Of a DNA stretch of 64,000 bases, positions 44,582 to 53,014 are shown piece by piece. The first letter of the stretch is position 1; each line of letters opens with the position of its first letter. The stretch is from a virus. Its lineage: Duplodnaviria > Caudoviricetes. Made by a program: the position numbers and the translations under genes. The notes beneath the pieces were generated by a model that was not told where the DNA came from, ran no database searches, and worked only from the letters and a program-made list of their open reading frames with translations. The stretch is from IMG/VR virus record IMGVR_UViG_2906610324_000001, positions 32,001-96,000 of that record; one strand, given 5' to 3'.

Positions 44582-45634
44582 ATGCGCAAGATTTCACTTG
44601 CTCTTGCCCTGGCTGCTGGTCTGATCGGTTCGGCTCAGGCCGACTTCACCAGCAAGAACCAGGCTGGTGTAACGATCACGTTTAAGAGCAGCGGCGACTG
44701 TACCAGCATCGTTTGCGTCGTTCCGCATTATCTGACCGACAGCACCGGCGCCGCGGTTGGTACGGCGGCCAATCCGCTTTCGTTTCAGTTCGGCACCGGT
44801 GTTTTGCTTCCCGCTTTTGCGGCGACGCCGACCTTCAATCTCGGCACGCTGAACGGAGCCGCAACCGCCGCGGCCCAAGCGACTGGCAATACGTCGGTGG
44901 GCAACATCGATACCTCCATCGGCGCCCAGGGCAATACGACATGGGATGGCTCGAGCGCAGCCACATTGATGGCGATCAATCGCTATCAGGGTGTCAAGCT
45001 CGAGGCGATCCGGGCGCTGGTGGCCGGCACGCTTACCGTCGGCTTGCCATCCGGGGCCGCCACGGCCGCCAACCAGACCGGCGGCGGACAGAAAACCCAG
45101 GTCGTCGATGCCTCGGGCAATACGATCGGAGCGGGCTTCGCGGCATACGCGACGGCCTCGATCACTCGCCCGGCCAACACGACGACCTATACCGTCAACA
45201 CCGGCTGGAACAACGCAACGTCGGGCGCTACCAATTTCTTTTCGCTGACTGGCGTGTGCCGCGTGAATGGCGGTCAGGTGCTGATCACGCGGGTGGATGT
45301 CTGGTCGAGCGCCAATCCGACGCTGAAGCTGAGCGGCGTGCTGTGGCTGTTCTCTGCGGTGCCGGGCACCAACGTCAACGACAACGCGGCCTTCAACATC
45401 GCGTCGGCTGACTTCGCCAACCTGACGGCGGGCTTCAACGGCATCGGCTTTACGCTCGGCAGCAATCAATCGTCCGGCTCGAACAGCGGTACGAGCCTAT
45501 CTGGGACGTCCTATCAGGCGCAGTGCGCGTCCGGCGCCACCACCATCACGGGCATGGTTGAGGTCACCAACGCCTACGTTCCGGTGAGCGGCGAGGTACT
45601 GCGCGTCGGAATTGCTACTGTGGGGCTCAACTGA
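44582..45634 (+). CDS. Signal-peptide protein 3 (T/G/A/N-rich, fibre-like)
   Basis: MRKISLALALAAGLIGSAQA|DF; GAATAA.Q repeats. Confidence 0.8.
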   Translation: MRKISLALALAAGLIGSAQADFTSKNQAGVTITFKSSGDCTSIVCVVPHYLTDSTGAAVGTAANPLSFQFGTGVLLPAFAATPTFNLGTLNGAATAAAQATGNTSVGNIDTSIGAQGNTTWDGSSAATLMAINRYQGVKLEAIRALVAGTLTVGLPSGAATAANQTGGGQKTQVVDASGNTIGAGFAAYATASITRPANTTTYTVNTGWNNATSGATNFFSLTGVCRVNGGQVLITRVDVWSSANPTLKLSGVLWLFSAVPGTNVNDNAAFNIASADFANLTAGFNGIGFTLGSNQSSGSNSGTSLSGTSYQAQCASGATTITGMVEVTNAYVPVSGEVLRVGIATVGLN

Positions 45635-46863
45635 TGTATGATCGTCCCAGATGGGCAGCATGGATTGTTCCGATCCTTGCGCTGGTCGCCTTCGTCGCGA
45701 TCTTCATCAACTTCCTGCAGCATGTCACTGAAGCGCACGCTCTTGAACAGCGCACGCGCGCGTCGCTGCTGGCCAAGCCACCGCCGTTCTCGCAATACCT
45801 GGCGTATGACGATTACACGGGCGCAACCAAGTCGCTGAATGGCCGCATCCCGCCGAAGGGGCCGGCGTATCAGGCCAGCGGCACCGGCGCGGCGAACGGC
45901 ATCGCAGGCGGCGGCCGGATGACGCTGCCGGTCGCGAGTCAGGCTCTCTACGCCTTCCAGCAATTCAATCAGGTGCCGCGCCGCATCTCGTGCCTGTGGA
46001 ACTATCCGTCCGGCACGGTGAACACTCCGCCGACCTACGCGTTCACCAACGACACCACAGGGACGCTGCCCTATCTGCACGGCGAGAGTGACGCCTCGTT
46101 CTTCCTCCTGCGTCTCGGCGTGAACGGCGCCAACTTTACCCAGCCCGCATGGTGGGTGTCCGCCAGCTACTCGCTGACATCAGGCGTCGAGTATCAGTCA
46201 GAGCTCAACTACGACGGTGGCACCAACGCGTCCATGGTGATGCGAAACGCCTCGACCGGGGCCGTGCTTGGCAGTGAGACCGTTCATGATCCGCAGCTGG
46301 CGACCTACGCCGGGAAGTTGACGTTCTCGGAGTTTCTCGACAATCTCCTGCAGATCAATCGCTGCACGGTCGAGGCGACCACCAGCTATCCGTTCCCGAC
46401 GCTGAGCCCCTACGTCGAGACGACCTTTCCGACCAGCGCGTCTCCGTTCGTGTCCGATCCGGGCTTCGGCGGCTCGGTGGTCTTCAACGCCGCCGGGTCC
46501 GTCACGATCTCCGGATCGGCCTTCCCGGCTGGCGGCGGCATGACGCTCGGCGCTCTCAATAGTGGCGACACTCTGTGGGCGTCGCTGGACATCACGTCCT
46601 GGACCGGGTGCACGTCAGGCAATCCGTGCGCGTTCAGCATCGTCGCCAATTCCGGCACCACGATCACTGCTATTCAGCCCATCCCGGCCGCGGCGGGACG
46701 ATATCAATTCAACTTTCCGATCAATACCTCGGACTCGAACGCTCGCTTCATCGTCACCGGCCCGCTGAACCCCGGCGGCGTCGCATACTCCGTGACGATC
46801 TCGGGCGCAAACCTGTATCGCAACACTCCGTCGGCGCCTCCGACGCCTCCGCAGCTTCAATAA
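45634..46863 (+). CDS. Signal-peptide/anchored protein 4 (beta-sandwich, lectin-like)
   Basis: MYDRPRWAAWIVPILALVAFVAIFINFLQHVTEAHA|; S/T/G-rich body. Confidence 0.75.
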   Translation: MYDRPRWAAWIVPILALVAFVAIFINFLQHVTEAHALEQRTRASLLAKPPPFSQYLAYDDYTGATKSLNGRIPPKGPAYQASGTGAANGIAGGGRMTLPVASQALYAFQQFNQVPRRISCLWNYPSGTVNTPPTYAFTNDTTGTLPYLHGESDASFFLLRLGVNGANFTQPAWWVSASYSLTSGVEYQSELNYDGGTNASMVMRNASTGAVLGSETVHDPQLATYAGKLTFSEFLDNLLQINRCTVEATTSYPFPTLSPYVETTFPTSASPFVSDPGFGGSVVFNAAGSVTISGSAFPAGGGMTLGALNSGDTLWASLDITSWTGCTSGNPCAFSIVANSGTTITAIQPIPAAAGRYQFNFPINTSDSNARFIVTGPLNPGGVAYSVTISGANLYRNTPSAPPTPPQLQ

Positions 46864-46935
46864 CGAGGCGTTGCCGCTACGCCCATCGCGGACTGCAGGT
46901 CACTCACCCTAGCCCCCATATTTCCCGCCTTTAGG

Positions 46936-47030
46936 ACCGGTTGGTGCCGGTAGAGGATTGGTGTCCTCGTGAAGTGCGGTCTCACCCCCTGGCGCCAGCC
47001 AGGTTCCCTTGTCCACCAAGGTGACACCAA
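46936..47030 (+). ncRNA. Putative structured cis-regulatory RNA leader of the tail assembly chaperone
   Basis: Five tandem hairpins; two carry identical TTGGTG loops complementary to two CACCAA copies flanking the RBS. Confidence 0.55.
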
Positions 47031-47033
47031 ATC

Positions 47034-47480
47034 ATGACTGAATCCCCCGAGAAGACCGTGCGTAAGTTGAAGTTGTCCTCAATGAGGGCCGACAGCCAGA
47101 AGGAGCGAGAAGGCGACTGGGTGCCGGCGATCGATATCGACACCTCCGGCGCCATCCGTTGGTTCGTTCGATCGACGAATTACGCTCCCTTCAAGATCGC
47201 CAGGGACGCCATCAGCGCCAAGCTTGCCCGGAAGCACGGCGACAATGTCCCCGACGACGTTCTCGCCGAAACCCACGGCAGTCTCGCTGTCGAGCACCTT
47301 CTGCTCGGCTGGGAGGGGCTGGTCGACGACGATGAGCAGGACATTCCGTTCTCGCCGGCGAAGGCCACCGAGATCCTGACCGATCCCGAGTACCGCTATG
47401 TCCGCGGCTCAATCTACGGCGCGGCGATGCGGGTTGGCCGCGAAGAGGCCGAATTCGTTGCGGCCAAAGTAAAAAACTGA
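47034..47480 (+). CDS. Tail assembly chaperone (G)
   Basis: E.EG.WV, VRS.NY, LL.GWEGL.D.....PFS...A...L; upstream of the tape measure gene. Confidence 0.85.
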   Translation: MTESPEKTVRKLKLSSMRADSQKEREGDWVPAIDIDTSGAIRWFVRSTNYAPFKIARDAISAKLARKHGDNVPDDVLAETHGSLAVEHLLLGWEGLVDDDEQDIPFSPAKATEILTDPEYRYVRGSIYGAAMRVGREEAEFVAAKVKN

Positions 47481-47914
47481 GGGCTGCCCTTCGCTACGAG
47501 TTCGAGCAGAAGGGCATTGATGACTGGCTTCTCGAATTAGCCGAAGAAGATCCTGACGCCGTAGAGTTTGCGGCAGAGGCGGAGCGGCCTGACGATACCG
47601 TATTGCCGTTCTGGGCTGAAACGTATTGGCGCGCCTGGCATGCCCTTCGGTTCGATCGGCAATACGGCGCCATGGGCGGTCAGTCACCCATCAGCTTCCT
47701 TTCCATCGATACCTACGCGCGGCGCTACGACATTCGTGGCGTCGAGTTCGAGACTTTCTTGGCGTTCGTGAGCGCCATGGATGAGGAATATCTCGAGCAT
47801 GTTCAGCGTGAGGCCGATCGGGAGAAGGAAGCCGAAGAAAACCGCAAGGCATTGAGAGAGGGAGGGCAGGCAAATGGCGAGAGTAGCGCTGTCGTCCCTG
47901 CGAGTCACGTCTGA
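47471..47914 (+). CDS. Tail assembly chaperone GT extension via -1 frameshift
   Basis: Slippery A AAA AAC at 47471-47477; -1 frame open to 47914 (W.AW..L..DRQ.G.MG..PI.F..I..YA). Confidence 0.85.
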   Translation, partial: KKLRAALRYEFEQKGIDDWLLELAEEDPDAVEFAAEAERPDDTVLPFWAETYWRAWHALRFDRQYGAMGGQSPISFLSIDTYARRYDIRGVEFETFLAFVSAMDEEYLEHVQREADREKEAEENRKALREGGQANGESSAVVPASHV

Positions 47915-50900
47915 TTTCGACGCCTCGGGCTATGTCCGGGGCGCCGCTCAGAAGGTGGACGCCGACAACAAGATGATTGCGAGCGACAAGGCTCGCAATG
48001 CGGCACTGGCGCAGTCGGATGCCGCCCTGGCCAAGATCCCGGGCGGGATGACGTCGGTCAGCAAGGCGCTCCTCGACGGCTACGGCGCCGGCGCCCAGTT
48101 CGAGGCGATCATCCGTCGTATCGGCAACGCCGCCGACCGAGGGATGGGGCTGGATCGCGTCAATCTGCTCCTCGACGCGGCTTACCAGAAGTTTGGGCTC
48201 ACCGCTGATGCGGCTTCGTTGGCCGAGAAGGGCTTCGTCTCGATTTCCGGGGCCGTTACCCAGCTCAATGAGCAATATTCCGTCCACGCCGAGGTCGCGA
48301 CGCGCGCGGCGGCTGCAATTGAGCAACTCGCCGCAGCACAGAAGAGCCAAGCCGCGATCAACTCGACACTTGGCATCGGTGGCGACACGACGAAGTCGGC
48401 ACAGGAGAGCGCAGACGCCTTCATGGCGCAGTATGGCGGCTTGGCTGGTGTCGCGCGCGCGCAGGCCGAAGAGGCCGGCAAGGCGTTCTCGCAGGATCTG
48501 GATCAACTGATGATCGCCGGCGCCGCGAAGTCAGCCAAGGATTCCGCCAGCGTCTTCGATCAGAACCTGCGGCAATTGGACGAAATCGCGACGCAACGGG
48601 CGCAGCAGGCCGGCGCCAACTTCCAGCGCAGCCTCACCGAGGCGCTGGGCGGTGGCGGCGCGGCTGCGACGTCGCTCGGCGCGACCTATGAGGCGCTGGC
48701 GGCCGAGATGCAGCGGCTCGACCAAATTGACCAGGCGCGGGCCGCGCACGTCGCGCAGAGCACTCAGCAGGCGATCGCACAGGCCTACGGGTTCGACCAG
48801 GTCACGAAGTCGGCGAGGGCATCGGCTGCCGCATTCATGGAAATCGACGCCGCCGGCGCTGCGTTGGCTGCCGAATTCGACGAGGCGGCCGCCGCGGAAC
48901 AGAAGGCAGTCGCGGCCGCGGAGCAGTTGCGCGCCCAGTTGAATCCTCTCCAGGCCGAGATGATCAACCTCGGCAAGCAAACAGCCGCCTACCGGCAACT
49001 GTTGAACGACGGCGTGATCTCGACTTCCGAATACGAGCAGGCGCAGGTCTTGCTGGCGAAACGGCTGACTGACGTCCAGATGCAGCTGAAGAACACCAGT
49101 TCGACCGGGCGCGTGGCGTCGGGCGAGCTCGTCAACCTGTCCTACCAGCTGAACGACGTCGTGACCGGCCTAGCACTGGGGCAGTCGCCGTTCATGATCC
49201 TGGCGCAGCAGGGTGGCCAGGTATTCCAAATCTTCCAGTCCTCGAAAGCGAGCATCTCCGACTTCGCGTCGACGATCGGGTCGAAGTTCCTTGGCTTGCT
49301 GAGCGTGAGCCGGGTGGCTTGGGGCGGTATCGCGGCCGCGGTCGGCCTGGGCATCGCGGCCTTGATCTCGTATCAGAGCAAGCAGTCGGAGGTCCAGCGG
49401 TCGCTCCTGGGCGCGGGCCGGGCCAGCGGTGCGACCGTGGGCAGCATCAACTCCATTGCGGATGCTGGCGCCTCGCGGACCGGGCTGTCGGTGAACGAAG
49501 CGCGTGAGCTCGCGACGGCATTGGCGCAAACTGGCAAGGTCGCGAACGACAACATCCTGCCCATCGTCAAAATGGGCAAGGATATCGCGACGGTCTACGG
49601 CACGGACGCCGCCGAAGCCGCCAAAATGCTGGCCGACGCCTTCGCCGATCCGGTCAAGGGTGCGGACGACCTCAATCAGCGGCTCGGCTTTCTCGACGGC
49701 GCCACCAAGCAGCTCATCACCAACCTGGTGGCGCAGAACAACGTCTATGCGGCGCAGGTGGTACTCGCGAACGCGGTCAAAACGAGCCTGCTGGACGTTT
49801 CCGCGACGGTGTCGACAACGAAGTCCGCATGGACGGCGCTTGGCAATGCCGTCTCGAATGCGTGGGATTCGATTGGCAAGAGCATCTACAACGTCCTGAA
49901 TCCGCTGCAGGGCCTCGATGCTCAGTTGGATGCGGCAAAGCGCAAACTTGATCTCCTGCAGAAAACAGGAGGACGGACGGTCGACCCCGATACGGGCATG
50001 CTCGGGGCTATTGCTGACCCCGCTGCAATCGCCGCGGCCCAAGCGCAGATCGAGAAGCTCACCGCCGCGCTCCAGCGCCAGAAGACGGCGGCCGATGATG
50101 CCCGAAACGCGCAGCAATCGTTGGCTCAGCAGCAAGCGATCCGGACCGCGCTGCCGCAGATCGCGCAGACGCAGGATCTCCAAAATCAACTGAAGCTGTT
50201 GCAGGACCTCGCCGCGGCCCCTGACGTCGACCAGAAGCTCGCCAAGGTCGGGCAGTCCATGGATCAGCTTCAGCGGTCGATCGTCGCCACAAGCGCCGCG
50301 CTGGCGGCAATCCCAAAGAACGCGCTTGTCGACTTCCTGGGCAACGCGGCGAGTCCAGCGGAACGTCTAGCCGCAGGGCTCGAGCAGATCCGCGCGAAGT
50401 CTGCTCAGATCAACGCCTCGCCGACAGACACCAGCCGCGCGACGTCGGCGCTCCAACTCGATATTGCCTCCAGCGTCCAGTCGGCGCGGATGTCGGCTTT
50501 GGGCCAGTCGGCCGGCGTAGCGGACAGCGTCAAGCAGAAGTTCCTCGAGCTCCAGCGAGCTCAGGAGGCTGGGGCTGGCCTGACGGCGAAGCAGATCCAG
50601 GACCAGCTGGCGCTGGCGCGCGCGCAGGCCGACGGATCGCTGCAGATCAAGGCGCAGGTCGACGCGACCACAATCCAGACCGCCACCATCGGCATGTCCG
50701 CCGGCGCGGCTGCAGAATACACCGCGAAGATGACGGCACTCGCCGATGCCGTCCGCAACCACAAGGAACTGACCGACCAGGACAAGGCGGCGATCGACGC
50801 GCAGGCCAAGGCCCTCGGCGCCGCGGCGCAGGCGAACGCGCTCAAGCAGATCCAGAACGACATCCGGTTCGGTCGCCAGACCGCGCTGCTGTCGCCGGAT

Positions 50901-51704
50901 GACGTCCAGATCGCGCAGCAGTTGAAGTCGGTTTACCCCGACGTCGCCACCGCGCTAGCATCGGTCGAGGCTCAGGCGCTGCGCACCAACGCTGCGATCG
51001 GTCAAGCCTCGTCGACCATTTCGAGCGATCTCGTGACCGGCATCACGGACGCGCTCGATGGGACCAAGAGCTTCGGGCAGGCCTTCAGCGACACCTCGAA
51101 GCTTGTGATCCGAGCGATCGAGGAAATGATCATCAAGCTGCTCGTTGTCGGCCCGCTGATGCGCAGCCTGCAGAGCTCGTTCAGTGGCCTGGGCGACGGC
51201 GCCGACTTCGGTTCGCTCCTCGGTTCCGCCGGCGTCAGTTTCGGCTCGCCTGGCACCGCCGGCAGCAACCTGTTCGGCCCGGTCGCGCCGAGCGCGCTGG
51301 GCAACGCCTTCGCCCGCGGCAACATCATCCCGTTCGCCCGCGGCGGGGTCGTGACGCGGCCGACGCTGTTTCCGATGGCCAACGGCGGTACCGGCCTCAT
51401 GGGAGAGGCTGGAGAGGAGGCGGTGATGCCGCTGCGCCGCGGTCCAGACGGACGCCTGGGCGTCTCGGCCGGCGGCCTCGGTGGTGCCGCCAACGACAAC
51501 TCGGCATCGGGAAATGTCGTCGTGAACATCTACAACGCGCCGTCGGGTTCGGATCCGCAGACCAGCGTCAGTCGGACGAACAACGGCAGCCAGGTGGACA
51601 TCGTGTTCAAGAACGCCGTAACCGGTCTGATGGTCGACGATGCCGCAAAGAATGGCCCGATCTCTCAGGCCATCTCATCCCGTCAGCGCGGCTTCGGGAG
51701 TTAA
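47874..51704 (+). CDS. Tape measure protein
   Basis: 1276 aa, Ala/Gln-rich; NLSYQLNDV.T.L..GQSPF.IL.QQGGQ; C-terminal FA.GG, LMGEAG.EAVMPL. Confidence 0.95.
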   Translation: MARVALSSLRVTSDFDASGYVRGAAQKVDADNKMIASDKARNAALAQSDAALAKIPGGMTSVSKALLDGYGAGAQFEAIIRRIGNAADRGMGLDRVNLLLDAAYQKFGLTADAASLAEKGFVSISGAVTQLNEQYSVHAEVATRAAAAIEQLAAAQKSQAAINSTLGIGGDTTKSAQESADAFMAQYGGLAGVARAQAEEAGKAFSQDLDQLMIAGAAKSAKDSASVFDQNLRQLDEIATQRAQQAGANFQRSLTEALGGGGAAATSLGATYEALAAEMQRLDQIDQARAAHVAQSTQQAIAQAYGFDQVTKSARASAAAFMEIDAAGAALAAEFDEAAAAEQKAVAAAEQLRAQLNPLQAEMINLGKQTAAYRQLLNDGVISTSEYEQAQVLLAKRLTDVQMQLKNTSSTGRVASGELVNLSYQLNDVVTGLALGQSPFMILAQQGGQVFQIFQSSKASISDFASTIGSKFLGLLSVSRVAWGGIAAAVGLGIAALISYQSKQSEVQRSLLGAGRASGATVGSINSIADAGASRTGLSVNEARELATALAQTGKVANDNILPIVKMGKDIATVYGTDAAEAAKMLADAFADPVKGADDLNQRLGFLDGATKQLITNLVAQNNVYAAQVVLANAVKTSLLDVSATVSTTKSAWTALGNAVSNAWDSIGKSIYNVLNPLQGLDAQLDAAKRKLDLLQKTGGRTVDPDTGMLGAIADPAAIAAAQAQIEKLTAALQRQKTAADDARNAQQSLAQQQAIRTALPQIAQTQDLQNQLKLLQDLAAAPDVDQKLAKVGQSMDQLQRSIVATSAALAAIPKNALVDFLGNAASPAERLAAGLEQIRAKSAQINASPTDTSRATSALQLDIASSVQSARMSALGQSAGVADSVKQKFLELQRAQEAGAGLTAKQIQDQLALARAQADGSLQIKAQVDATTIQTATIGMSAGAAAEYTAKMTALADAVRNHKELTDQDKAAIDAQAKALGAAAQANALKQIQNDIRFGRQTALLSPDDVQIAQQLKSVYPDVATALASVEAQALRTNAAIGQASSTISSDLVTGITDALDGTKSFGQAFSDTSKLVIRAIEEMIIKLLVVGPLMRSLQSSFSGLGDGADFGSLLGSAGVSFGSPGTAGSNLFGPVAPSALGNAFARGNIIPFARGGVVTRPTLFPMANGGTGLMGEAGEEAVMPLRRGPDGRLGVSAGGLGGAANDNSASGNVVVNIYNAPSGSDPQTSVSRTNNGSQVDIVFKNAVTGLMVDDAAKNGPISQAISSRQRGFGS

Positions 51705-51707
51705 ACG

Positions 51708-52079
51708 ATGGCTCTCCCAACCTGGCCCGCGGTCAATTATCGACCGCAGAAGAGCGGCTTCCAGATCACGAAGCGGTTTCTTGATCCGATCGCGACCGAC
51801 ATGGAGGGCGGCAATACCCGCGAGCGGCCGCGCCCTGGCGACAATGTCGGAACCGTTGTGCAGACGATCAACCTGACGCTTGCCGAACATGACGTCTTCG
51901 TGGCGTGGGTCCGCGACACGATCGGCAACGGGAGCGGGCGGTTCACGGCGAGCATCTGGCTCGGATCGTCCTACGTCTCGAAGACGTGCAAGTTCGCTAA
52001 GGGCGGCAAGCCATCCTACGTCCCGGTTGGGACAAGGTATGTCGCTGTGTCCATGACGCTGATGGTGTTTAACCTCTGA
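51708..52079 (+). CDS. Distal tail protein
   Basis: TDMEGGN.R.R; position after the tape measure gene. Confidence 0.7.
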   Translation: MALPTWPAVNYRPQKSGFQITKRFLDPIATDMEGGNTRERPRPGDNVGTVVQTINLTLAEHDVFVAWVRDTIGNGSGRFTASIWLGSSYVSKTCKFAKGGKPSYVPVGTRYVAVSMTLMVFNL

Positions 52080-52603
52080 TGGCGAGCCACAGCGAAGCCC
52101 TGCTCGAGGCATACGCGTCTTGCCCGCCGAGCGCGCGCGTCTATCACACGCTCGAGATCTGGCAGTCCTCATTCGATGTTCCGGCGCGTGTCGTCGCAAA
52201 TGTCGGCGATGACATGACTTTCGGGATCGAATTGTCCGGTCCGCGCAATCCCGGCGAGACAGCGACGTTCATCGCTTGCCCGTTCGAGTCGACATATCCG
52301 GAACAGCGGCAAGGCCAACCGCCGCAGACCAACATCAAGATCGACAACGTCAACCGCGATTTGCTGCCGAAGATCCGTGCGGCGCTGGGCTACCGCGAAT
52401 ACATCTCGGTCCTGTACCGAGAATATCTCGCGACGGATCTCACCCAACCGTCATACGGCGCCGTCGAGTTTGAGCTCCGCAACGTGAAGGTGGTTGGCAC
52501 CTCGATCACCGGCACCGTGATGGTGAAGAACCTGCAGAACAAGCGGTTTCCACGCCTCACGAAGAACTACGACTACGTCCAATTCCCGAGCCTATTGCCG
52601 TGA
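52079..52603 (+). CDS. DUF1833-like minor tail protein
   Basis: EAYAS.P.....TLEI, F.ACPF, IDNV, YREYL..DL..P, FP.L. Confidence 0.8.
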   Translation: MASHSEALLEAYASCPPSARVYHTLEIWQSSFDVPARVVANVGDDMTFGIELSGPRNPGETATFIACPFESTYPEQRQGQPPQTNIKIDNVNRDLLPKIRAALGYREYISVLYREYLATDLTQPSYGAVEFELRNVKVVGTSITGTVMVKNLQNKRFPRLTKNYDYVQFPSLLP

Positions 52604-53013
52604 TGAAGCGTTCCGAGTTTTTGGCCCCGCTCATTGGCGAACCATGGGCCTGGCAGACCCGCAATTGCTGGGACTTCGTCTGTCACGTCGAGAAGGAAAT
52701 GTTCGGGCGCGACCTTCCGCGCGTCCCGGTACCGAACGACTTCTCGAAGCGCTGGGTGCTCGAGTCCTTTGAGGGGCATCCGGAACGGGGCTTCTGGCGC
52801 GAGGTGCCGGAGGGGCCCGGCGGTCTCGTCGTTGCCGCGGATGGTGCGCTGGTCCTGATGGCGCATCTCCGCACGCCGGCGCACATCGGCGTCTGGCTGA
52901 AGTCCGAGCAGCGGGTCATCCACTGTGACGAGAAGCAGGGTGTCGCCTGCGAAACTGTTCTGGCCCTGCGTCAAATGGGTTGGAAGAAACTCCGGTTTTT
53001 CGAGCCGAACTGA
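52600..53013 (+). CDS. NlpC/P60 tail-associated protein
   Basis: LIG.PW.....NCW.FV, HIGVW, VIHC. Confidence 0.85.
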   Translation: MMKRSEFLAPLIGEPWAWQTRNCWDFVCHVEKEMFGRDLPRVPVPNDFSKRWVLESFEGHPERGFWREVPEGPGGLVVAADGALVLMAHLRTPAHIGVWLKSEQRVIHCDEKQGVACETVLALRQMGWKKLRFFEPN

Positions 53014-53014
53014 C

